Shown: positions 55,440-63,367 of the stretch, one piece after another
Layout: each line of letters starts with the position of its first letter
Position numbering within the stretch: position 1 is the stretch's first letter
Source: a virus
Taxonomy: Duplodnaviria > Caudoviricetes
IMG/VR virus record: IMGVR_UViG_3300033076_001145
Span: 96,001 to 160,000 of that record
DNA: 64,000 nt
Direction: 5' to 3' (one strand)
Program-made: the position numbers and the translations under genes
The notes under the pieces: model-generated
Told to the model about the DNA's origin: nothing
Seen by the model: the letters and a program-made list of their open reading frames with translations, nothing else
Databases searched by the model: none

Positions 55440-55994
55440 TTAATTCAACCATTTTCTAACAGTATTGTCAGTAACTCCGAACTTTCGTGCGACTGAACTA
55501 TAACCTTCGTTAGCCACCATTTCAAATATAACTGATTTTTCCGGTCTGTCAACCTTTCTTCTTGATTTGTGAGCACATTCTTTACATTTATTCCCCCACT
55601 TACTTATCTCACATCCACAATCAGAGCAGTTATATTTTTTTGGTTCAGCTAAAGTAATCCATTTATCACTCTTTTCCAAATCATATTTTTCAATTTTTTT
55701 ACTAACATTTTCAATCATTAAGTCAGGAGAATGAACTTCTCTGTGACAATTTGCACACAAAACCATACATTTTTCAAATTCAGACATAATCCACTCCATA
55801 TTTGAATTAGATAGTGTTCTTGAATCTAATTGACTTTCTTTTGTATCTTTATCAATGTGGTGGAATTCTAAAGCCGCTAAATTTTTATTATATCCACAAA
55901 TTTCACATCCACCTCCTTTTAAATTAATTAAATGAGTTTTTCTCTTCAAAGACCTCATTACCTGATATTCATAAGTGTTCCCTTGTTTTCTCAT
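55440..55994 (-). CDS. HNH endonuclease with zinc-ribbon and HTH C-terminus
   Basis: CEICGY...LEFHH...LCANCHREVH; CSDC...CKEC; YSSVARKFGVTDNTVRKW. Confidence 0.85.
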   Translation of the reverse strand: MRKQGNTYEYQVMRSLKRKTHLINLKGGGCEICGYNKNLAALEFHHIDKDTKESQLDSRTLSNSNMEWIMSEFEKCMVLCANCHREVHSPDLMIENVSKKIEKYDLEKSDKWITLAEPKKYNCSDCGCEISKWGNKCKECAHKSRRKVDRPEKSVIFEMVANEGYSSVARKFGVTDNTVRKWLN

Positions 55995-56394
55995 AACCTA
56001 ACCTTTAACTATAAATATATGAATATGTTCATAAATCTATATAATCAAATAAAAAACCCCTCATTTTTGGTGAGGGGTTCATATTATTTTTAATACCTAT
56101 CAAATATATGTATCCTCAATCCCCTCAATAAATCGTAACAATCGTTGTCTTTCACCTTCAGTTAATTCCCCATCACTTTCGATTTCTTCTCTTAACATTT
56201 CCAAACTCTGTAATGAACTTTGAATACATCCTGCCAATTCGTCATCAACATTTTGAATGTATTTACCATACATTTCATAGTTAGACTTTTCCCCTTCAGA
56301 GATTACTTTATTCACAATCTTTATTAATTCAGTTTCAGTAAGTTTTATTGTTTTACTCATAATAAAATAAATATCATGTAAAATAAAAAAACCC

Positions 56395-56802
56395 TCACTT
56401 GGATGGTAGTCTCAACCTTCCTTCAAAAGGGTTAATGTAAAATTTGATATTTGTAACTTTCTTTTTGAGGGTGTGCTCAACCCATTTACCAATAAATTCT
56501 TTAGAGTCATTGTGTCCCATAGAATAGAAAGAAGAAATTTCTTTGATTAAACCATCACCGATAAAACACGAACCGTCGTCTTTATCATATCTAATTTGAG
56601 CATATTTGTCACTTTTTGAATTGACAAAATAAATTCTATTTTTTTCTTTAATCTGAATGAAGTCCTGATTGTTTAAGTATTCAAATACTGAATTATCTAA
56701 TTCTGACTCTGACTGAGGAATTGTGTCTCCACCACCTTTTTTAATAATTCTTTTTACTAGACTTAGTAAATCTGATTCTGTCAATCTAATTACCTTTTTC
56801 AT
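56395..56802 (-). CDS. Family B protein with MKKVIRLTESDL leader and spacer-encoded tail
   Basis: YLNNQDF...YAQIRYDKDDG...WVEHTLKKKVTNI-KFYINPFEG-RLRLPSK. Confidence 0.75.
   Translation of the reverse strand: MKKVIRLTESDLLSLVKRIIKKGGGDTIPQSESELDNSVFEYLNNQDFIQIKEKNRIYFVNSKSDKYAQIRYDKDDGSCFIGDGLIKEISSFYSMGHNDSKEFIGKWVEHTLKKKVTNIKFYINPFEGRLRLPSK
56399..56481. CRISPR. Degenerate mini-array: partial repeat ending 56416, 29-bp spacer, repeat 56446-56481
   Basis: GGATGGTAGTCTCAAC ... GATATTTGTAACTTTCTTTTTGAGGGTGTGCTCAAC. Confidence 0.55.
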
Positions 56803-56859
56803 GTTATTATAAATACAGATAAAAACAAAAAACCCCTCAACAAGGAGGGGTTTAAGTTA

Positions 56860-57873
56860 TTATTTTACAATCTTCGTGGTATATAATTTACCTGAGTCAT
56901 CATTAATTAGAATGACATAGGTTCCCTGACTTAGATTTTCGGAATTAATTGTCATCATGTTTGTTGTGTATTTGTTTTGATAAACACATCGTCCATCAAC
57001 TGACATAATCTTAATGTTTCCGTTATTAGATGGTGTAACCACATTAATATTATCCATCACAGGATTTGGACATACCTTAACATTATTGGTCATTGTTTCT
57101 TCAACACCAACAGTATAACTATCAACAACACTCAATGTCCATTCAGTCATAATACCACCAGGATACCAACCTGTTGAGTCAATGGTGAATGTTAAACAAG
57201 TATCAGCAAAACATCCATCAAATGAATAAGCCCATACACAGATTTGATATGTTCCAACACCTCCATAAGTTGTTGTTGGGAATGCAACATTTGCTGAGTC
57301 ACCATTACCAAAATTCCAAGTATATCCAATGCAGTTTGAAGATTGGTTAATCAAAAAGATTACATTATCTTCGATTACAACTGAATCAGAAGAAACAAAA
57401 GACATATCCAAGTATGGGGTCGTTTCAAGTTGTCCGTCACAGTTATTATCAATACCATCACACATTTCCCATGCTCCGGGATATGTATTTGGGTTAAAAG
57501 CATCACAATCATATTCATCATTCCAACCATCATTATCACTATCAATACCAGTAACCAAATCAATTGAGTATTCATTAACTGCTCCGAAGATAACAATACC
57601 ACCATCGCATTGGGTCATCCCAACACAATTGGTCGCACATAGATTAACATAAACACTATTACCAACCACAGGAACCGATGTTGTGTAAACACCTGATGGG
57701 TCGGAAGTAAAAACCAATTCACCTGTTGTTTGGTTTAAGGAGTCAATATACATACCTGTAACGGTATATGGACAATTTGTATCACCAATAACGGTCAAGT
57801 TAATTGGGAATTGAGAAAACACATTAAGTGTTAGGATGCTCATAAGAGCGAAAAGAAAAGTTTTTAGTTTCAT
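56860..57873 (-). CDS. Secreted protein with MopE-like metal-binding motif, PKD domain and T9SS type A C-terminal sorting domain
   Basis: Signal peptide; D.DNDG..DCD...YPGA.E.CDGIDNNCDG; YTWNFGNG; V.PNPV.D.I.V...DGR.V...L..GTY.I...KIVK. Confidence 0.8.
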   Translation of the reverse strand: MKLKTFLFALMSILTLNVFSQFPINLTVIGDTNCPYTVTGMYIDSLNQTTGELVFTSDPSGVYTTSVPVVGNSVYVNLCATNCVGMTQCDGGIVIFGAVNEYSIDLVTGIDSDNDGWNDEYDCDAFNPNTYPGAWEMCDGIDNNCDGQLETTPYLDMSFVSSDSVVIEDNVIFLINQSSNCIGYTWNFGNGDSANVAFPTTTYGGVGTYQICVWAYSFDGCFADTCLTFTIDSTGWYPGGIMTEWTLSVVDSYTVGVEETMTNNVKVCPNPVMDNINVVTPSNNGNIKIMSVDGRCVYQNKYTTNMMTINSENLSQGTYVILINDDSGKLYTTKIVK

Positions 57874-57981
57874 AATTTGTTTTTTTAAAGTTTAGACAAA
57901 GGTAATACAAATTAAGTTGATTGTAAAATAAAAACCCCCACATTTTCTGTGAGGGTTTAAGTGAAACCTTGTTATTATTTT

Positions 57982-58776
57982 TTAGAATTTTGTTCCGCAG
58001 TGTGGACAGAATTTATGATTATCTTTCTTTCTCTTACTTCCACAATTTGTGCAATAAAGAACATTCACCTCTTTTGCTTCAACTGGCTTTTCTGACATTG
58101 GCATTAGTCTCCAAGTTGAATATGACGATGGGAAAGAATTAAAATCCATATTCACTGATGTAAATTCCTGATTTGAACTTCCACCTTTTTCAACACGACC
58201 TGTTTCTTTAAACCTGTCAGTTGATAATGACTTCTTTAGATTTTGAGAAGTGTTATAATCAACATTATTATTTAAGTTATAGGATGTGTTGGTGAAATAA
58301 CTATTATTTCCCGATGTTAAGTTTGTTGTGGTGTTATAGAGTTTAATATTACCACCAGTAGTATTGTAACCACCATAATATCCATAATCACCGTGTTCAT
58401 TTGTAAAAGTTATACTTCCACCATAAGGATTTTCTTCATAGAACTCAACCTCAACAACTCCGTTGTTTTTGATTGCCTCTTGAACCTCTTTGGATTTGGC
58501 ATTGACCTCATAGGTTTCAAACTTGAACTTTCTTGCTTCGTCCAAATACCTTTCAAGAAAAACCCTTTGACCTGGTCTTAATACAACTCCACCACCACCG
58601 ATGTAGTTTCCGTTAATTTTAAGTTTTGCTAAAACTGAATTTTGTTGGGGGTTGAAGATTTCAACTTCAAATTCATCCCCATCTTTTAGATAAACGACAC
58701 TTCCATTTTGTTTTAGTCGTTGTTTCCCTACTGTAATGAAAGCAGTAGGATTCTTTTTAAATGATTTGTAATACAT
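57982..58776 (-). CDS. Conserved hypothetical protein with C-terminal zinc ribbon
   Basis: VLRPGQRVFLERY...KF.FETY; CTNCG...FCPHCG. Confidence 0.7.
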   Translation of the reverse strand: MYYKSFKKNPTAFITVGKQRLKQNGSVVYLKDGDEFEVEIFNPQQNSVLAKLKINGNYIGGGGVVLRPGQRVFLERYLDEARKFKFETYEVNAKSKEVQEAIKNNGVVEVEFYEENPYGGSITFTNEHGDYGYYGGYNTTGGNIKLYNTTTNLTSGNNSYFTNTSYNLNNNVDYNTSQNLKKSLSTDRFKETGRVEKGGSSNQEFTSVNMDFNSFPSSYSTWRLMPMSEKPVEAKEVNVLYCTNCGSKRKKDNHKFCPHCGTKF

Positions 58777-58888
58777 TTTTTTACCTTATTTTATTGTTTA
58801 TGTTTATTGAACCCCACTTCGTTGGTATTTCTCCAACTCAACTGTCTCAAAGGACAGGTGGACCTCAGCAACAAGGTTTCATTAATAA

Positions 58889-59239
58889 TTATAAGGTAAT
58901 TTGTTTTTGTGTAAAGATTAATTGGGGGGTATTCTCAACCATCAGCTCCTTTGTTGGAAATGATATCGGGGTATTTGTAACCTTCATTTGGGTGGTATTC
59001 TCAACCCATCGTCCAATAACTTTTTCAGAATCAGAGCGTTGTAAAGAAAAGTAGGAATAAATTTCGTTAGTTAAATTAAAATCAATAAAACACCAACCAT
59101 CATCTTTATCAAATCTTATTCGAGCGTATTTATCATTCTCTGAATTTACAAAACAAATTTTATCATTACCCATATCAATCTGAATGAAGTCCTGACTATC
59201 CAAATAAGAAAATATTACTCTTTCTAAATGTTTGTCCAT
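58889..59239 (-). CDS. Family B protein with 30-bp in-frame spacer
   Basis: WVENTTQMKVTNT-PISFPTKELM-VENTP. Confidence 0.75.
   Translation of the reverse strand: MDKHLERVIFSYLDSQDFIQIDMGNDKICFVNSENDKYARIRFDKDDGWCFIDFNLTNEIYSYFSLQRSDSEKVIGRWVENTTQMKVTNTPISFPTKELMVENTPQLIFTQKQITL
58921..59005. CRISPR. Mini-array: partial repeat ending 58939, 30-bp spacer, repeat 58970-59005
   Basis: GGGGGTATTCTCAAC ... GGTATTTGTAACCTTCATTTGGGTGGTATTCTCAAC. Confidence 0.7.
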
Positions 59240-59253
59240 GATTATAAATATGA

Positions 59254-59550
59254 TTAATAACCAACAATTGGACTAGCAACCTCCACATTAATAGATTCAA
59301 TTCCGAGTTTATCTTCAATCCATTTATTGATTACACTAATGGAATCCCCATAATCTAAAGAAAAGAATTTGCTGACTTCTTCGGCCAAATCATAGTGTAT
59401 TGTGCACCATCGGTCTTTTGGGAGGTATTTAATCTGAGCAAATTCATCATCTTCTGAATTAACAAAATATATCCTATACTTCATTTTAATTACAACAAAG
59501 TCCTGTCCATCCAAATAAGAAAATATTACTCGTTCTAAATGTTTGTCCAT
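59254..59550 (-). CDS. Family B paralog without recognisable array
   Basis: MDKHLERVIFSYLDGQDF...WIEDKL. Confidence 0.7.
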   Translation of the reverse strand: MDKHLERVIFSYLDGQDFVVIKMKYRIYFVNSEDDEFAQIKYLPKDRWCTIHYDLAEEVSKFFSLDYGDSISVINKWIEDKLGIESINVEVASPIVGY

Positions 59551-59570
59551 GATTATAAATACATTAGTTA

Positions 59571-59714
59571 GGTATTCTCAACAGAGCAGTGGAAACGTTT
59601 TCAGAACTATAGGTGTTTGTGACCTTCATTTGGAGGGTATTCTCAACAAGAGATGAATAGCGAATACCTTCCCGCTTGGGTGTTTGTGACCTTCATTTGG
59701 AGGGTATTCTCAAC
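59571..59714. CRISPR. Mini-array: two identical 36-bp repeats (59612-59647, 59679-59714), partial repeat ending 59582, spacers of 29 and 31 bp
   Basis: GGTGTTTGTGACCTTCATTTGGAGGGTATTCTCAAC x2. Confidence 0.85.
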
Positions 59715-59951
59715 CCATTTACCAATAACTTGTTCAGAATCAGAGCTTTGCAAAGAAAAGAAAGAAGAAATTTCTTTAACTAAATTAGTATGAATAAAAC
59801 ACCATCCATCATCTTCGTCATATCTAATTTGAGCGTATTCGTCACCTTCTGAACTAACAAAAAAAATTTTATCATTACCCATATCAATCTGAATGAAGTC
59901 TTGGCTATCCAAATAAGAAAATATTACTCGTTCTAAATCTTTGTCCATCAT
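59643..59951 (-). CDS. Family B protein with spacer-encoded tail
   Basis: WVENTLQMKVTNT-QAGRYSLFISC*; stop lies within the next repeat. Confidence 0.8.
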   Translation of the reverse strand: MMDKDLERVIFSYLDSQDFIQIDMGNDKIFFVSSEGDEYAQIRYDEDDGWCFIHTNLVKEISSFFSLQSSDSEQVIGKWVENTLQMKVTNTQAGRYSLFISC

Positions 59952-60466
59952 AACTTAATCCCAGTATTATATATGGTTTCCCAATTATTTTTCTCACAAT
60001 AATCCAAAAAGTCCTTTGGTGAATATCTATATGACTCCTCAATCCCATATACCCATGAAACAAACTCAGAGCAATACATCTTATCCTGTTCATGGTTCAA
60101 TGGTTTTTTATTCCACTTACCAGTTAATAATTCAATCGGTTGTTTGATAATTAATCCCTCAAAGTCATAAGCCGTTAATCCAACTTTGCTCATGGCTTTA
60201 ACCGCAATTTTCTTTTCAGCAATTACCTTTGGTCTTCTTTGGATGATGAAGTTATATTGGTATTCTTTAAGCCAGTTTTCAAATGGTTTAACATTAACTC
60301 CATTATCCTGAGCATCAATGATATATGGTTCACCCCATATCCAAATGAAAAGAGCTGTGTGATTTATTTCAGACTTTGTTGCCCATCTTATGGCTCTACT
60401 CAACCAACTTTTTCCACGACAATGTAACACATCACCGGTTTTTAATTCATCTATATTCAAACTCAT
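59948..60466 (-). CDS. Permuted papain-like NlpC/P60 (YaeF/YiiX-like) amidase
   Basis: LKTGDVL, NHTAL, G..YDF, MYCSEFV. Confidence 0.8.
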   Translation of the reverse strand: MSLNIDELKTGDVLHCRGKSWLSRAIRWATKSEINHTALFIWIWGEPYIIDAQDNGVNVKPFENWLKEYQYNFIIQRRPKVIAEKKIAVKAMSKVGLTAYDFEGLIIKQPIELLTGKWNKKPLNHEQDKMYCSEFVSWVYGIEESYRYSPKDFLDYCEKNNWETIYNTGIKL

Positions 60467-60548
60467 AATGATAAATATTGGAATATATAATAAAAAAGTC
60501 TTTCCATTTATTCAAACATAATATATTTATTTATTAAACAATTAAATT

Positions 60549-61160
60549 TTGGAAATTTCATCAGAAGTTATAGTTGCGTTTATTACAGGTGTAGTTGGGC
60601 CAACATCTATCATGTTTTTAAAACATTACCTAACCGCAAAGAAAAAGAAACCAGATTTGGTTCATGAGACCTTAAAGGTTAGCGAACTTGTCAATTCAAA
60701 GATTGAACACATTAAAGAAGAATTCAATGCCGATAGAGTATGGATAACTCAATTCCATAATGGTGGGAACTTCTATCCAACAGGAAAATCAATGGCAAAG
60801 TTCAGTATCATTTATGAAACAGTTCATCCCGGTGTTAATTCAATTCAATCAAACTTCCATAACATTCCAGTTAATTTGTTTTCAAAGTCAATCAATGAAT
60901 TATTACAAAATGATATAATTGAAATCCCTGATTTTAAAGATGAAAAAATTTCCACATTTGGTTTAAAATATGTCGCAGAAGAGAACGGATGTAAGTCAGG
61001 TTACCTTTTCGCAATTAAAACAATTGATGGAAGATTTATTGGAACCTTAGGTTTGGACTATACAAAGAGAAAGACAAACTTAGATATGGAATCAATTAAT
61101 CATTTACAAGTCCACGCATCTTCTTTGGGTGGAGTTTTAATGACTCACTTAAATCAATAA
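60549..61160 (+). CDS. N-terminal TM plus GAF-like domain protein (possible holin)
   Basis: Single TM; ADRVWI.QFHNG...IGTLGLDY. Confidence 0.55.
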   Translation: MEISSEVIVAFITGVVGPTSIMFLKHYLTAKKKKPDLVHETLKVSELVNSKIEHIKEEFNADRVWITQFHNGGNFYPTGKSMAKFSIIYETVHPGVNSIQSNFHNIPVNLFSKSINELLQNDIIEIPDFKDEKISTFGLKYVAEENGCKSGYLFAIKTIDGRFIGTLGLDYTKRKTNLDMESINHLQVHASSLGGVLMTHLNQ

Positions 61161-61166
61161 GATTAA

Positions 61167-61520
61167 TTAGAAACTCTTTTTCCACTTTAATAAGTAGAGA
61201 CCTCTTTCTTTGTTGAGAGGTTCAAAACTTATTCTAAAGTTGTCGTTTAACTGAGCATAAACAGGATAAATTGGAAATTTCCATCCTTCGGTTTCTATAT
61301 GGAATCCCGCCATTCCAACAGGACTATTTTTAATTTTATCTATAAAACTTTTTGGAGTCTCCTCTTTACCGAAATTAACTTTAAGTTGGGTTTTAAAATC
61401 GTCAGGGATTTGAATAGTTGAAATTTTATTAATAGGTCCCTTATCAGTTATTTGTTCTTCAATAACTCGTTTAACAATCTTAACCAAATCTGATTCTGTC
61501 AATTTAATAACCTTTTTCAT
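61167..61520 (-). CDS. MKKVIKLTESDL-leader protein
   Basis: Shared leader; start inferred. Confidence 0.6.
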   Translation of the reverse strand: MKKVIKLTESDLVKIVKRVIEEQITDKGPINKISTIQIPDDFKTQLKVNFGKEETPKSFIDKIKNSPVGMAGFHIETEGWKFPIYPVYAQLNDNFRISFEPLNKERGLYLLKWKKSF

Positions 61521-61589
61521 ATTAAATAAATATATCAATGTTTTTCTTTTTTATTCCATAAATTTTATATCTTAGCCAAAATTATAACA

Positions 61590-62255
61590 ATGGAACTAAA
61601 CTATCCCAACTTAACGGAAGACCAAAAATCAAAGATTGACAAGTTCGTTTCTGACTTGGAAAAGAAATGTGCTGAAAACAATGTTGAGTTGTTTCTTCCC
61701 AACACACCTGGCGTTCAATACCCAGGTTTGGACACCCAAACCAATGGTTATTTTGATTCAAGAAAACCACTTCTTGCTTGTGCAACAGGTAAGGAACTTG
61801 ATAAGTGGTTGTTAATCTTAATTCACGAGTCATCACATATGGACCAGTTTTTAGAAAAGGTTTCAGTATTTGATGAGTCAATTGGATTAGATGAAACATT
61901 TCAATGGATTGGTGGTCTTGAAACTCCTGACTTTGACAAGATTGATAGAGAAATCACATCAGGTATTGCCGTTGAGGTTGATTGTGAGAAAAGAACCGTT
62001 GAGAAGATTAAAGAATACGGATTGGAGTTTGTGGTTGGGATTGATGAATACATTCAAAAATCAAACGCATATGCTCTCTTTTACCTATGGATGAGAAAGA
62101 ACAGAAGTTGGTATAAGATTGGATTTGAGCCATACAATGTTAAATCCATTTATTCCAAGATGCCAAAAACATTTGATGTTGATTATTCAACATTGACAGA
62201 AGATATGACTGAAGCATTTGACGAGTTGTTAGTAATGTCGGATGGGGTTAAATAA
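61590..62255 (+). CDS. HExxH metallopeptidase-like protein
   Basis: LIHESSHMDQ and downstream E.DCE. Confidence 0.6.
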   Translation: MELNYPNLTEDQKSKIDKFVSDLEKKCAENNVELFLPNTPGVQYPGLDTQTNGYFDSRKPLLACATGKELDKWLLILIHESSHMDQFLEKVSVFDESIGLDETFQWIGGLETPDFDKIDREITSGIAVEVDCEKRTVEKIKEYGLEFVVGIDEYIQKSNAYALFYLWMRKNRSWYKIGFEPYNVKSIYSKMPKTFDVDYSTLTEDMTEAFDELLVMSDGVK

Positions 62256-62302
62256 AAAACCCCATCCTTTAGGGATAGGGTAAATCTCTTTTTTAGATTT
62301 GA

Positions 62303-62656
62303 TTACTTGGTGTAAGTTCTTAGACAATGTGCCGCCCAAGCCGCCGCTCCAAGAAAGATTGGCATCAATAGACCTGCTCCACCGAACATTGCAATATGAA
62401 CCGCAACCGCTCCTGACATTACAGATGAAAGAACCAACGCTCCATAAACAGATGTTCTTGGGATACAAAGGGCAATTACACCAGCAACTTCCATAACTCC
62501 AACAAGTGCCATGTAAGGTAACATGTTCATTGCAGTAAAGTTAGTGGTCATAGCCTCGCTTCCCATAATCTTTGACAATCCGCCCATTCCGAGCATAAAG
62601 GTTACGATTACTGTAAGCAACCAACCTAAGTTTTTAAGTGTTAAATAATTTTTCAT
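62303..62656 (-). CDS. DoxX-family membrane protein
   Basis: Four TMs, G..K, G..E..G, P.T...GA, GA.A.H. Confidence 0.8.
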   Translation of the reverse strand: MKNYLTLKNLGWLLTVIVTFMLGMGGLSKIMGSEAMTTNFTAMNMLPYMALVGVMEVAGVIALCIPRTSVYGALVLSSVMSGAVAVHIAMFGGAGLLMPIFLGAAAWAAHCLRTYTK

Positions 62657-62700
62657 ATTCCAAGTATAGGATATGAACTTTACAATGTCAATTGATTTTT

Positions 62701-62787
62701 ATTTGGAGGGTATTATCAACGGATTGAAAAATTGCCTTTGCTCAATGCCATGGTGTTTGTGACCTTCATTTGTAAGGTATTCTCAAC
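62701..62787. CRISPR. Mini-array: partial repeat 62701-62720, 31-bp spacer, repeat 62752-62787
   Basis: ATTTGGAGGGTATTATCAAC ... GGTGTTTGTGACCTTCATTTGTAAGGTATTCTCAAC. Confidence 0.75.
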
Positions 62788-63012
62788 CCACCTACTGATA
62801 ACTTGTTCAGAATCAGAGCGTTGCAAAGAAAAGTAATAAGAAATTTCTTTAATTAAATCCAAACCAATATAACACAAACCATCATCATATCTAATTTGAG
62901 CAAATTCATCATTCTCTGAATAGGCAAAATAGATACTATCATATTTTTTAATCTGAATAAAGTCCTGACTATCCAAATAAGAAAATAATACTCTTTCAAA
63001 ATCTTTGTACAT
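62716..63012 (-). CDS. Family B protein with spacer-encoded tail
   Basis: WVENTLQMKVTNT-MALSKGNFSIR*. Confidence 0.8.
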   Translation of the reverse strand: MYKDFERVLFSYLDSQDFIQIKKYDSIYFAYSENDEFAQIRYDDGLCYIGLDLIKEISYYFSLQRSDSEQVISRWVENTLQMKVTNTMALSKGNFSIR

Positions 63013-63025
63013 GATTATAAATATA

Positions 63026-63109
63026 TTAGTTGGGTATTCTCAACCACTTGTCAATATTCATATACGCATCGGTGGTTTTTGTAACTTTCATTTTTAAGGT
63101 ATTCTCAAC
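63026..63109. CRISPR. Mini-array: partial repeat ending 63044, 29-bp spacer, repeat 63074-63109
   Basis: GGGTATTCTCAAC ... GGTTTTTGTAACTTTCATTTTTAAGGTATTCTCAAC. Confidence 0.65.
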
Positions 63110-63355
63110 CCACCTACTGATGACTCTTTGGGATTCGTCTCGTCCTAAATTAAAGAAAGAAGAAATTTCTCTATTTAAATCGATATTAATAAAACAAACA
63201 CCTCTATCTTCATCATATCTAATTTGAGCAAGGTCGTCACTTTCTGAATTAATAAAGAATAAACTTGTGTCATTACCTGTAATAATAAAATCCTGATTGT
63301 CAAGATACTTAAATATTACTTTATCAAATTGTGATTCGGTTATAAGGTATTTCAT
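63026..63355 (-). CDS. Family B protein (MKYLITESQ leader) with spacer-encoded tail
   Basis: WVENTLKMKVTKT-TDAYMNIDK-WLRIPN*. Confidence 0.8.
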   Translation of the reverse strand: MKYLITESQFDKVIFKYLDNQDFIITGNDTSLFFINSESDDLAQIRYDEDRGVCFINIDLNREISSFFNLGRDESQRVISRWVENTLKMKVTKTTDAYMNIDKWLRIPN

Positions 63356-63367
63356 ATAAGATAAATA

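Noticed and set aside
58777-58881. Hammerhead ribozyme
   Set aside because: A three-way junction is present but the CUGANGA/GAAA core is missing.
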